In this document: positions 7,602 to 15,974 of the stretch, piece by piece
Numbering within the stretch: position 1 is the first letter of the stretch
Layout: each line of letters starts with the position of its first letter
Assembly: GCA_045106415.1 (NCBI GenBank)
Contig: JBGCEP010000086.1
Coordinates: 1 to 21,621 of the forward strand
Length of the DNA stretch: 21,621 bases
Source: Oligoflexales bacterium
Lineage (GTDB): Bacteria > Bdellovibrionota_B > Oligoflexia > Oligoflexales > Bog-1112
Direction of reading: 5' to 3'
The notes under the pieces: generated by a model
The model's input: only the letters and a program-made list of their open reading frames with translations
Database searches by the model: none
What the model was told of the DNA's origin: nothing
Translations under genes and position numbers: made by a program

Positions 7602-8684
7602 ATGGTCCAGATGCACGATGGAGTCACTTTTGATGATGTTTTGCTCATTCCGCAGTATTCAGAGGTTTTACCTGGTGAGGTTTGTTTAGAAACGTCACTG
7701 ACGAGTTCTTTGAAGATGCGTATTCCTTTTTTATCTGCTGCAATGGATACCGTGACGGAGTCGCCAATGGCGGCGGCCATGATTCAAGCTGGTGGCAGTG
7801 GTGCAGTCCATAAAAACATGCCAGTAGAGAAACAAGCAAATGAAGTACGATCTCTTAAGGCGCAAGGATTTCAACCTGTTGTCGCAGCGATAGGTGCTGG
7901 CGAAGAAGGACTTGTGCGAGCTGAAAAATTAATTGAAGCTGGTGTTGATGCTTTAACTGTTGATACAGCGCATGGTCATAGCAAAGGTGTTTTGGATACG
8001 ATTCGGGCACTACGGAAAATATATACAAAAAATGATGTGCAAATTATTGGTGGAAACATAGCAACAGGTGAGGCTGTTCAAGCCTTGGCGGAAGCTGGAG
8101 CTGACGCTGTGAAGGTTGGGATTGGCCCAGGAAGTATTTGCACAACGAGAATTGTTGCTGGTGTGGGTTTCCCACAGCTTTCGGCACTGTGGGAATGTGT
8201 CCCTGTTGCCAAAAAAATGGGAGTGTCGGTGATCGCTGATGGAGGGTTAAAATCTTCAGGAGACTGTGCGAAAGCTTTGGCTGCAGGTGCTGATGTTGTC
8301 ATGATTGGAAGCTTGTTTGCAGGGACCGACGAAGCCCCCGGTGAAACCTTTGAAAAAGATGGTCGTATTTATAAGTCATACCGTGGCATGGGGAGTCTGG
8401 GGGCGATGGAAGCTGGAAGTCGAGATCGTTATTTTCAATCGAAGGTCGAATCTCAGAAATTGGTCCCAGAAGGTGTTGAGGCGTGTGTAGAAGCAAAAGG
8501 TTCTGTCCATGACGTTCTGCATCAGTTATGTGGTGGTGTGAAATCTTCTATGGGATATTTAGGGGCAACAAACCTTGAGAATTTTGTTGAACGAGCTCGA
8601 TGGGTCAAAATGAGTTCTTCTGGACTTTCAGAAAGCCGAGTTCACGATGTCACGATTATGAAAAAGTCACCGAACTATCAGTAA
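7602..8684 (+). CDS. guaB: IMP dehydrogenase lacking the CBS subdomain
   Basis: AGGAG SD precedes ATG 7602. Motifs [39 protein letters not shown] (catalytic Cys), YRGMGS, VPEGVE. Adjacent to guaA. Confidence 0.97.
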   Translation: MVQMHDGVTFDDVLLIPQYSEVLPGEVCLETSLTSSLKMRIPFLSAAMDTVTESPMAAAMIQAGGSGAVHKNMPVEKQANEVRSLKAQGFQPVVAAIGAGEEGLVRAEKLIEAGVDALTVDTAHGHSKGVLDTIRALRKIYTKNDVQIIGGNIATGEAVQALAEAGADAVKVGIGPGSICTTRIVAGVGFPQLSALWECVPVAKKMGVSVIADGGLKSSGDCAKALAAGADVVMIGSLFAGTDEAPGETFEKDGRIYKSYRGMGSLGAMEAGSRDRYFQSKVESQKLVPEGVEACVEAKGSVHDVLHQLCGGVKSSMGYLGATNLENFVERARWVKMSSSGLSESRVHDVTIMKKSPNYQ

Positions 8685-8713
8685 AATTTAAAATATATAT
8701 AAGGTAGAAGATT

Positions 8714-10252
8714 ATGAAAGTACGACCACAAGGAATTCTTGTCCTTGACTATGGTTCCCAATACACTCTACTGATCGCGCGTCGGTTAAGAGAAGCAGGG
8801 TTTTATACAGAAATTCATCCATCTGACCATAAATGCCCAGAGCATTTTGATGTTCGGGGAATTATTCTTTCTGGTGGGCCTGATTCCATTCATAAGGGTG
8901 GGCGGATGCTTGCTCCATGGGTTCTCCAAAGCGCCTTACCTGTGCTTGGCATTTGTTACGGCATGCAGCTGTTAGTGAGTGAGCTGGGGGGGGAAGTGAT
9001 TGAAGCTGACCACCGAGAGTTTGGTGGGGCAATGATGCGGTGGGAAGAAACAGCTGCACAAAGTTTTCATAAAGATCTTCCTGAAAAACATCAAGTTTGG
9101 ATGAGTCACGGTGATGAAGTGCGTGTTGATGACCAAGTCTGGAGTGTTGCTGCACGGACTCTGGCGGGTATTGCAGCTGCTGTTGTCCATAAGAGTCTTC
9201 CTGTTTATGGTCTACAGTTTCATCCAGAGGTTGAACATACAGAATACGGTGTTGACTTGCTGATCAATTTTGCGCAAAACGTGTGTCTTTCAGCAAAAGA
9301 CTGGAGTGCAACGAAGTGGCATGAAAGTATTTCAGAAGAGATTCGAGAACAAGTCGGCGATGGTCATGTTCTTGTTGCTGTGTCGGGTGGAGTTGATTCC
9401 TCTGTTATGGCATTGCTTCTTTTAAGAGCCCTCGGCACAGAACGTGTTCATGCTGTGCTTGTTGATCACGGTATGATGCGAGCCGGAGAAATAGAGCATG
9501 TAGGGGCCTTGTTGAAAGAGCAAGGGCTTCGTTTGACTATTATGGAAGAAAAAGACAGATTTTTCTCGCAACTGAAAGGTGTTGCTGACCCGGAGAAAAA
9601 AAGAAAAATTATAGGGCATGCTTTTATTGAGTGCTTTGAAGAATTCGCTAAAGATTTGCCTATTACTCATCTAGGGCAAGGGACCCTTTACCCTGATGTG
9701 ATTGAATCCGCAGCTCATGGCTCAGGAGCTGGAGTGATTAAAAGTCATCACAATGTTGGAGGCCTTCCTGAAAACCTTCAGTTTGAATTAGTTGAACCGT
9801 TAAGGTTTTTATTTAAAGACGAAGTCAGGGTTGTTGGTCGTGAGCTAGGGCTCCCCGATCATATGGTGGATAGACACCCCTTTCCTGGACCTGGCCTAGG
9901 GATCCGAATTCCAGGGGAGGTTGACGAAGAAAAAGCGAATATTCTTCGAGCTGCTGACGCTATTTTTATTCAAGCATTACGAGATGAAGGCTATTATAAT
10001 CAAGTTTGGCAAGCAGGTGTTGTTCTTCTACCTGTTAAATCTGTCGGAGTGATGGGTGACCAACGTACAAGGGAGTGGACAGCGGTTCTTCGAGCTGTAG
10101 ACGCTGTAGATGCGATGACTGCGTATCCATCCCCTTTGAGTCTTGAGTTTTTGAATCAAGTTGCAGGTCAGATAGTTTCACGAGTCCGTGGCGTGAATCG
10201 TGTTCTGTATGATGTGACCAGTAAACCGCCAGCAACCATTGAATGGGAATGA
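8714..10252 (+). CDS. guaA: Glutamine-hydrolysing GMP synthase
   Basis: LDYGSQY, GICYGMQ, QFHPEV, SGGVDS, QGTLYPDVIES, IKSHHNVGGLP, RHPFPGPGL, KPPATIEWE C-terminus. Confidence 0.98.
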   Translation: MKVRPQGILVLDYGSQYTLLIARRLREAGFYTEIHPSDHKCPEHFDVRGIILSGGPDSIHKGGRMLAPWVLQSALPVLGICYGMQLLVSELGGEVIEADHREFGGAMMRWEETAAQSFHKDLPEKHQVWMSHGDEVRVDDQVWSVAARTLAGIAAAVVHKSLPVYGLQFHPEVEHTEYGVDLLINFAQNVCLSAKDWSATKWHESISEEIREQVGDGHVLVAVSGGVDSSVMALLLLRALGTERVHAVLVDHGMMRAGEIEHVGALLKEQGLRLTIMEEKDRFFSQLKGVADPEKKRKIIGHAFIECFEEFAKDLPITHLGQGTLYPDVIESAAHGSGAGVIKSHHNVGGLPENLQFELVEPLRFLFKDEVRVVGRELGLPDHMVDRHPFPGPGLGIRIPGEVDEEKANILRAADAIFIQALRDEGYYNQVWQAGVVLLPVKSVGVMGDQRTREWTAVLRAVDAVDAMTAYPSPLSLEFLNQVAGQIVSRVRGVNRVLYDVTSKPPATIEWE

Positions 10253-10270
10253 TGGAAGTGCTATTGATGT

Positions 10271-10308
10271 GGGTCTGAACTCGGAGTTGAGTTCAGACCT
10301 TTTTTTTT
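10271..10308 (+). terminator. Rho-independent terminator of guaBA
   Basis: 11 bp stem ggtctgaactc / gagttcagacc with a 6 nt loop, followed by T9, about 20 nt after the guaA stop. Confidence 0.92.
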
Positions 10309-10342
10309 GGCGATTTTCCCAATACGATCATGAGGCCTTGAT

Positions 10343-13300
10343 ATGTCTGATTTTGTCCATTTGCATGTCCATAGTGAATATTCGCTGCAAGATGGTTGTA
10401 TTCCGATTAAGGCATTGATTCAAAAAGCTAAAGATTTGGGGCATACACATGTTGCGTTGACAGATCATGGCCAAATGCATGGAGCTGTAGAGTTTTATCA
10501 AACAGCGAAAGCTCAAGGGCTTACACCTGTGATTGGGTGTGAGGTTTACACTAAGGGAACGGAAGAAACTGAGGAGTGCCAAAAAGAATGGGTGGCGCCC
10601 CTTGAAGGTTTTCACTTAGTGGTTCTTGCTAAGAATACTCAAGGGTACAAAAATTTAATGAAAATTTCCTCAGCAGGCTATATGTCTACTGAGGAAAGAA
10701 AAAATATCCCCGTGGTGCCAGAAGAAACCTTACAACAATATCGAGGTGATCTGGTTGTTTTAAGTTCATCTGTTATGGGTGAACTTGGGTGTCTATTACA
10801 GGCATTGCGTATGCGTTTAGGGGCGAGAGAGATTGACTTTTCAGGGGAAGAGCCAGAATCTTTTGCTCTGCGAGCTTATGCAAAAAAGATGAAAGATCGC
10901 TATGGTGATGACTTTTATGTTGAACTTGTTTGGAACAACCTTCCTGGTCAAGATGAACTTTTAAGAGATAGCTCGGCTTTTGCTGATTTTTTTGGTTTTT
11001 CATGCGTGGCTACTGGTGATGTTTACTATCTTGATGCAGATTTTGCCGAAACGCATACGCTTGCTGTGGCTATGAAAAATAGTCTGACTTTTAAACGTAT
11101 TTCACATAGACAGCGTGATGCACGGTTCCATTTTTTAAATAAAGATGAGTTTTTTCAAACTTATGATAAGTGGCCGCAGGCGATTTCAAATACGATTGAA
11201 ATTGCAGAAAAATGTTCTGATGTTGAAATCCAAATGGACACTTATCATTTCCCAAGACTTCCTCTTGGAGGTGAGAACCCATCTGATGCATTGGTGCGTT
11301 TATCGAAAGAAGGCTTAGAAGCACGTTTCACACAGCTCGCTCCACTTTATGGGGACACGTTAAATGATACGAAAAAACAAGAGTATTACAATCGCCTAGA
11401 GTATGAACTGCAAGTGATTATTCAGATGGGTTTTCCCGATTACTTTTTAATTGTCCAAGATTTTATCAACTGGGCAAAAGAACAAGGGATTCCAGTCGGG
11501 CCTGGGCGAGGCTCAGGCGCGGGTTCGTTAGTTGCTTATGCTTTGAAGATTACAGACTTAGATCCTTTGCCTTACACCCTTATTTTTGAGAGGTTTTTGA
11601 ACCCAGAGCGTGTTTCCATGCCTGACTTTGACGTGGATTTTTGTCAATGGCGTCGTGAAGAAGTGATTCAATACTGCATTAAAAAGTACGGACGCGATAA
11701 AGTTGCACAGATTACGACTTTTGGTCGGATGAACGCAAAAGCCGTTGTGAAAAATGTGGGTCGAGCAATGAACCTGCGCTATTCAATGATGGATCGTTTT
11801 ACAAAACTGTTTCCGAATGATTTAGGGCTGACTCTGGCAAAGGCTTTAGATCAAGAACCTAAAATTCTTGAGATGATGAATGAAGAGTCTGTGCTCAAAG
11901 ACTGTATGGATTCTGCTAGAAAATTAGAAGGTCTTGCAAGTCACTCCTCGGTTCATGCTGCTGGTGTGATTATTTCAGATGGTCCTATGACAGATTATAT
12001 TCCTGTTTATTCGACCGATGGTGAAGGAATGATTACTCAGTATGAGATGAAGCCAGCAGAAAAAGTAGGGCTTGTAAAATTTGACTTTTTGGGATTAAAA
12101 ACCCTAACTGTGATTCAAAAAGCTATTGACATCATCCCGGAAGATTTGGATATCGCTGCTATTCCTTTAGATGACGATAAAGTCTTCAAAATGGTATCTA
12201 CGGGCCATACAGTTGGTATTTTTCAGTTGGAAAGCCTTGGGATGATGCAGCTGATCCGAAAATTACAGCCAAGTAGCTTTGAAGATGTGATTGCTTTGGT
12301 GGCTTTATATCGGCCAGGCCCTTTGGGTTCAGGAATGGTCGATTCTTTTGTGGAGAGAAAACACGGTCGAGAAAAAATAGTGTGTTTGCATATTTCGATT
12401 GAACCGATTCTAAGAGAAACATATGGCTTGATCTTATACCAAGAGCAGGTCCAAAAAATTGCAGCAATTTTAGCGAACTACTCTTTGGGTGAAGCAGATA
12501 TTTTACGTCGAGCGATGGGTAAGAAAATTCCAGAAGAAATGGCTAAGCAAAGAGATCGTTTCTTAGAAGGTGCTCGAGAGAATGAAATTGATGAGGATTT
12601 AGCCGCGCAGATTTTTGATCTTATGGCCGAGTTTGCGAAGTATGGTTTTAATAAAAGTCACTCAGCAGCATACGGGCTCGTAAGTTATCAAACAGCATGG
12701 CTGAAAACTCATTACCCTGAGCATTTTATGGCTGCGATTATGACGTGTGATATGGATAATACAGATAAATTGATTCGTTATATGCAAGATTGTAGGCGAA
12801 TGAATTTTGAGGTCGTACAGCCATGTTTGAATCAAAGTGAGCTTGAATTTCATGTTGAAAAGAAAAAAACAATTCGTTTTGCTTTAGCTGCGATTAAAGG
12901 TATTGGCTCAGGAGTTCTGGAGCCTTTGATAGCAGAGAGAAATAAGGGTGGTGTGTTTCTGAGCGTTGCAGACTTGTGTCGTAGATGCCACCTGGGGCGT
13001 TTAGGGAAAAAGAACTTCCAGACTTTAATATTAGCGGGAGTTTTAGATGATTTTAAAGTGCCTCGCTATAAGTTGCTAGAGATTTCCAATGATATTGTAG
13101 CCTATAGTGCTCAGTGTCATGAGGATAAAACTCAAGGTCAAAAAAGTTTATTTGACGATAAAGTAGAGGAAGCGGTTGCTCCTTGGGGTATTGCTCTTGA
13201 AAACTGCAGTGAGCCGATTGTGCGCTATGAAGATCTTTTTGAAGAGAAAAGATTAATTGGAATGTTTTTAACAGGCCATCCGTATGAGTTTTATCAACCT

Positions 13301-13870
13301 TTGACACGTGCGTTTAGCAATGAAAAACTCAATAGTTTGCATAAACTGCAGAAAAGAACAGAGGTTTATTTTGTGGCTTTACTGGGGAGTGTGTCTCAGC
13401 GCCGGACAAAAAAAGGGCGTCTTATGAGTTATGTTCCTTTAGAGCAAGCAGATATGAGCTTAGAAGCTGTGATGTTTGAAAAAGATGAGGCTTTTGAGTT
13501 TCCTGCAGCGCAGACAATTGTTTGGGTGAAGGGTCAAGCAGAGGTGACTGAAGATGGTGATGTACGCCTTGTTTTAAAACATATAGAGCCTTTTGAGCCT
13601 CTTCTTGAAGATTCTATTCGCAGCTTGAGAGTGACATTCTCATCGGCGATGCCAAAATCTAGAGTGAAATCGTGGGCTCAATCTTTACAGCAACACCCTG
13701 GCACCATACCTGTTTCTGTTCTTGTGAAACATGCTTCTGCACATGCTGTTCTTCCTTTAAAAACAGAGGCGAGGATTGGATTTTCTTCAGCGCTTTTAAC
13801 TGCACTACAGGACTTTCAAAAACAAGATGATATGATGGTTCAATGGGATCTGACAGCTCGTCAATCGTAG
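10343..13870 (+). CDS. dnaE: DNA polymerase III subunit alpha
   Basis: PHP start FVHLHVHSEYS..DG, ALTDHG, GPGRGSGAGSLVAY, FERFLNPERVSMPDFDVDF, KFDFLGL, YGFNKSHSAAY, internal clamp-binding motif QKSLF, C-terminal OB fold. No intein evident. Confidence 0.98.
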   Translation: MSDFVHLHVHSEYSLQDGCIPIKALIQKAKDLGHTHVALTDHGQMHGAVEFYQTAKAQGLTPVIGCEVYTKGTEETEECQKEWVAPLEGFHLVVLAKNTQGYKNLMKISSAGYMSTEERKNIPVVPEETLQQYRGDLVVLSSSVMGELGCLLQALRMRLGAREIDFSGEEPESFALRAYAKKMKDRYGDDFYVELVWNNLPGQDELLRDSSAFADFFGFSCVATGDVYYLDADFAETHTLAVAMKNSLTFKRISHRQRDARFHFLNKDEFFQTYDKWPQAISNTIEIAEKCSDVEIQMDTYHFPRLPLGGENPSDALVRLSKEGLEARFTQLAPLYGDTLNDTKKQEYYNRLEYELQVIIQMGFPDYFLIVQDFINWAKEQGIPVGPGRGSGAGSLVAYALKITDLDPLPYTLIFERFLNPERVSMPDFDVDFCQWRREEVIQYCIKKYGRDKVAQITTFGRMNAKAVVKNVGRAMNLRYSMMDRFTKLFPNDLGLTLAKALDQEPKILEMMNEESVLKDCMDSARKLEGLASHSSVHAAGVIISDGPMTDYIPVYSTDGEGMITQYEMKPAEKVGLVKFDFLGLKTLTVIQKAIDIIPEDLDIAAIPLDDDKVFKMVSTGHTVGIFQLESLGMMQLIRKLQPSSFEDVIALVALYRPGPLGSGMVDSFVERKHGREKIVCLHISIEPILRETYGLILYQEQVQKIAAILANYSLGEADILRRAMGKKIPEEMAKQRDRFLEGARENEIDEDLAAQIFDLMAEFAKYGFNKSHSAAYGLVSYQTAWLKTHYPEHFMAAIMTCDMDNTDKLIRYMQDCRRMNFEVVQPCLNQSELEFHVEKKKTIRFALAAIKGIGSGVLEPLIAERNKGGVFLSVADLCRRCHLGRLGKKNFQTLILAGVLDDFKVPRYKLLEISNDIVAYSAQCHEDKTQGQKSLFDDKVEEAVAPWGIALENCSEPIVRYEDLFEEKRLIGMFLTGHPYEFYQPLTRAFSNEKLNSLHKLQKRTEVYFVALLGSVSQRRTKKGRLMSYVPLEQADMSLEAVMFEKDEAFEFPAAQTIVWVKGQAEVTEDGDVRLVLKHIEPFEPLLEDSIRSLRVTFSSAMPKSRVKSWAQSLQQHPGTIPVSVLVKHASAHAVLPLKTEARIGFSSALLTALQDFQKQDDMMVQWDLTARQS

Positions 13871-13878
13871 GATTTATC

Positions 13879-14625
13879 ATGAGAACGTGGATTGCAGGGT
13901 GTTTCTTTTTAATTTTGCTTTTTTGTAGTGTTTTAGTCCCACCTGTTTGGTTATTGCAAAACTCTGTTAGTGTAGAACGTTGGGATGCTTTCCGAGGGCA
14001 AGAATGGGTTGAAGTGGGCCCAGCGAAAAATCAATGGCTTCCACTGAAAGAAGCTTCTCGTCATGCTCTTTGGGCTGTTGTTGTTGCTGAAGATGCAAGG
14101 TTCTATCAGCATCAGGGGTTGGATTGGCGGGAAATATGGGAGAGTTTTCAACTGAATTGGAGCGAAGGCCGTATTGTTCGTGGCGGATCGACCATTACAC
14201 AACAGGTGGTGAAACTGGCTCTTGTTGGTAGAGAGAAAAGTTTTTTGCGTAAAATTCGTGAAGCAATTGGGGCCATTTTAACCGAAAAAATTTTAACAAA
14301 AGATGAAATCCTTGCTTGGTATATCAATCTTGTTGATTTTGGAAGTGGTATTTATGGGTTGGGTTCTGCTGCTCATCATTATTTTAAAACTCCAGCAATG
14401 TTTTTAACCGTATCACAGGCCGTCAACTTGGCTGTTGTGCTTCCTAGTCCCAACCGTAGATCGAAAGGCCTGAGAGAACGTGCGTTGAGTTCAAATGGAA
14501 AGCAGCGCTTTGTACGTGTGTTAGATGAACTGGTTGCTAATCGTTATATTACAGTTGCACAGCGGAACGAAGCTTTAAGAACAGGGGATTTTGGCAATCC
14601 TATTCATATGGTTGAAGGTTCATAA
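13879..14625 (+). CDS. mtgA: Monofunctional biosynthetic peptidoglycan transglycosylase (GT51)
   Basis: GT51 motifs AEDARFYQHQG.D, RGGSTITQQVVK, RKIREA, KDEILAWYIN..DFG.GIYG. N-terminal TM and no transpeptidase domain. Start at ATG 13879 preferred over 13843. Confidence 0.85.
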   Translation: MRTWIAGCFFLILLFCSVLVPPVWLLQNSVSVERWDAFRGQEWVEVGPAKNQWLPLKEASRHALWAVVVAEDARFYQHQGLDWREIWESFQLNWSEGRIVRGGSTITQQVVKLALVGREKSFLRKIREAIGAILTEKILTKDEILAWYINLVDFGSGIYGLGSAAHHYFKTPAMFLTVSQAVNLAVVLPSPNRRSKGLRERALSSNGKQRFVRVLDELVANRYITVAQRNEALRTGDFGNPIHMVEGS

Positions 14626-15974
14626 TGTTGCGTATGGGAAAAAGTTGGCAATGCCAACCATCAGGTATGACTTGGCAAATAAAAGATGGTGCACAAAAAG
14701 GTTACTTAGTTTTATATGCTCAAGGTCAAGCAGAGTTTGTGTCTGATAAACCTAAAAACTTAGTCGTGTCTGGTGGTTTTGTTGCTCAGATACGAAAACA
14801 TTTTCCTTCTGGTTTTTGTCTTTGGGTCCATAAAACAGATCGTGAATATTGGTTTGCATTAAGCAAGCATCCACAAGCAGATGTTTTCGCTTTTTTAAGG
14901 CTGGATCTAGAAGAGCAAGAACTCAGTTTTATTTTGTCAGATAAGACACAGCTTGTTCGTTTGACTCCTAAGGGAACTTACACTCATAAGAAAACATGGG
15001 AAAAAGATGTTCCTCAAGGAGGAAGGCCTATGTGTGAAATATTTTCTTGGGAAGATTTAAAGAAAACAGAAGAAGTCTCGGGGCAAAAAGACAAAATAGA
15101 AAATCTCCCAGAGCAAAATATCTTAAGAAAAAAACTAAAAAGAAAAGTAAAAACGCTGAAAATATCTCTTAAAAAAGCCGAGCAGGCATATGAACAAGTG
15201 TGTGATCTCGACCATATTGAAAAACAAGCTCGTTTGTTACAAATGTATGCATGGAAGGTACAAACGTCTTCTGGTCGAATTGATTTGAACGCTGAAGAGA
15301 CGGGGCAAGGCCCTGTGTGCTTATCTTTGAAATATCCTGAAGATGTGGGCCGAAGTGTGGAATATGCTTTTCAAACATTTAAAAAAGCACGTCGTACGCT
15401 TGATGTTGCTTCAAGGCGAAAAGTTGAACTGTTGTTACAAGTAGAATCTTGTGAGAGGAGTTTACAGTGCTTTGAAGGTACTCTCAGCTGGGATGATTTG
15501 TTGGGGATTGGGAAAAAATACGGTTTAGATTTTGAAAAAAAAGGAAAACATGAAAAATACCAAGTTCAGAATCTAAAGCAACGGCGTGAATTTATAAGTT
15601 CTGATGGCATTGAAATTATTGTGGGGCGAAACGCAGAAGAAAACGATCAGATTACAGCTCAGGCAAAATCTTCTGACTGGTGGTTTCATATTGCAGAAGG
15701 AAAAGGCAGTCACGTTATAGTGCGTGGAAAAAAAGGTGTTGAACTACCAGAAAAAACAAAGCAACAAGCTTTAATGCTCGCTGTTCATTTTTCAGATAGA
15801 CGGCGAGACTTGAATGGTGATGTTTATGTACTACGGCGATTTGATTTGATGAAAAGCCGAGATCGTAAAACAGGCCGGTGGGAGATGAGAAGAGCTGTCA
15901 CTTCTTTTGTAAGATACCAAGAACAAGACCTAGCCTGTGTTCTTGGGTCTTACGGTGTCGTTTCATTATTATAA
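14625..15974 (+). CDS. NFACT/RqcH (FbpA-like) family protein, shortened and divergent
   Basis: C-terminal NFACT-R (DUF814) motifs IIVGRNAEENDQIT, DWWFHI...KGSHVIV, LAVHFS. Central coiled coil. N-terminal FVAQIRKHF...TDRE resembles NFACT-N. TAATG stop/start overlap with mtgA. Confidence 0.85.
   Translation: MLRMGKSWQCQPSGMTWQIKDGAQKGYLVLYAQGQAEFVSDKPKNLVVSGGFVAQIRKHFPSGFCLWVHKTDREYWFALSKHPQADVFAFLRLDLEEQELSFILSDKTQLVRLTPKGTYTHKKTWEKDVPQGGRPMCEIFSWEDLKKTEEVSGQKDKIENLPEQNILRKKLKRKVKTLKISLKKAEQAYEQVCDLDHIEKQARLLQMYAWKVQTSSGRIDLNAEETGQGPVCLSLKYPEDVGRSVEYAFQTFKKARRTLDVASRRKVELLLQVESCERSLQCFEGTLSWDDLLGIGKKYGLDFEKKGKHEKYQVQNLKQRREFISSDGIEIIVGRNAEENDQITAQAKSSDWWFHIAEGKGSHVIVRGKKGVELPEKTKQQALMLAVHFSDRRRDLNGDVYVLRRFDLMKSRDRKTGRWEMRRAVTSFVRYQEQDLACVLGSYGVVSLL

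Noticed and set aside
10240..10342. Genomic island integrated at the guaA 3' end
   Set aside because: guaA is followed directly by its terminator and dnaE, with no integrase or duplicated att.
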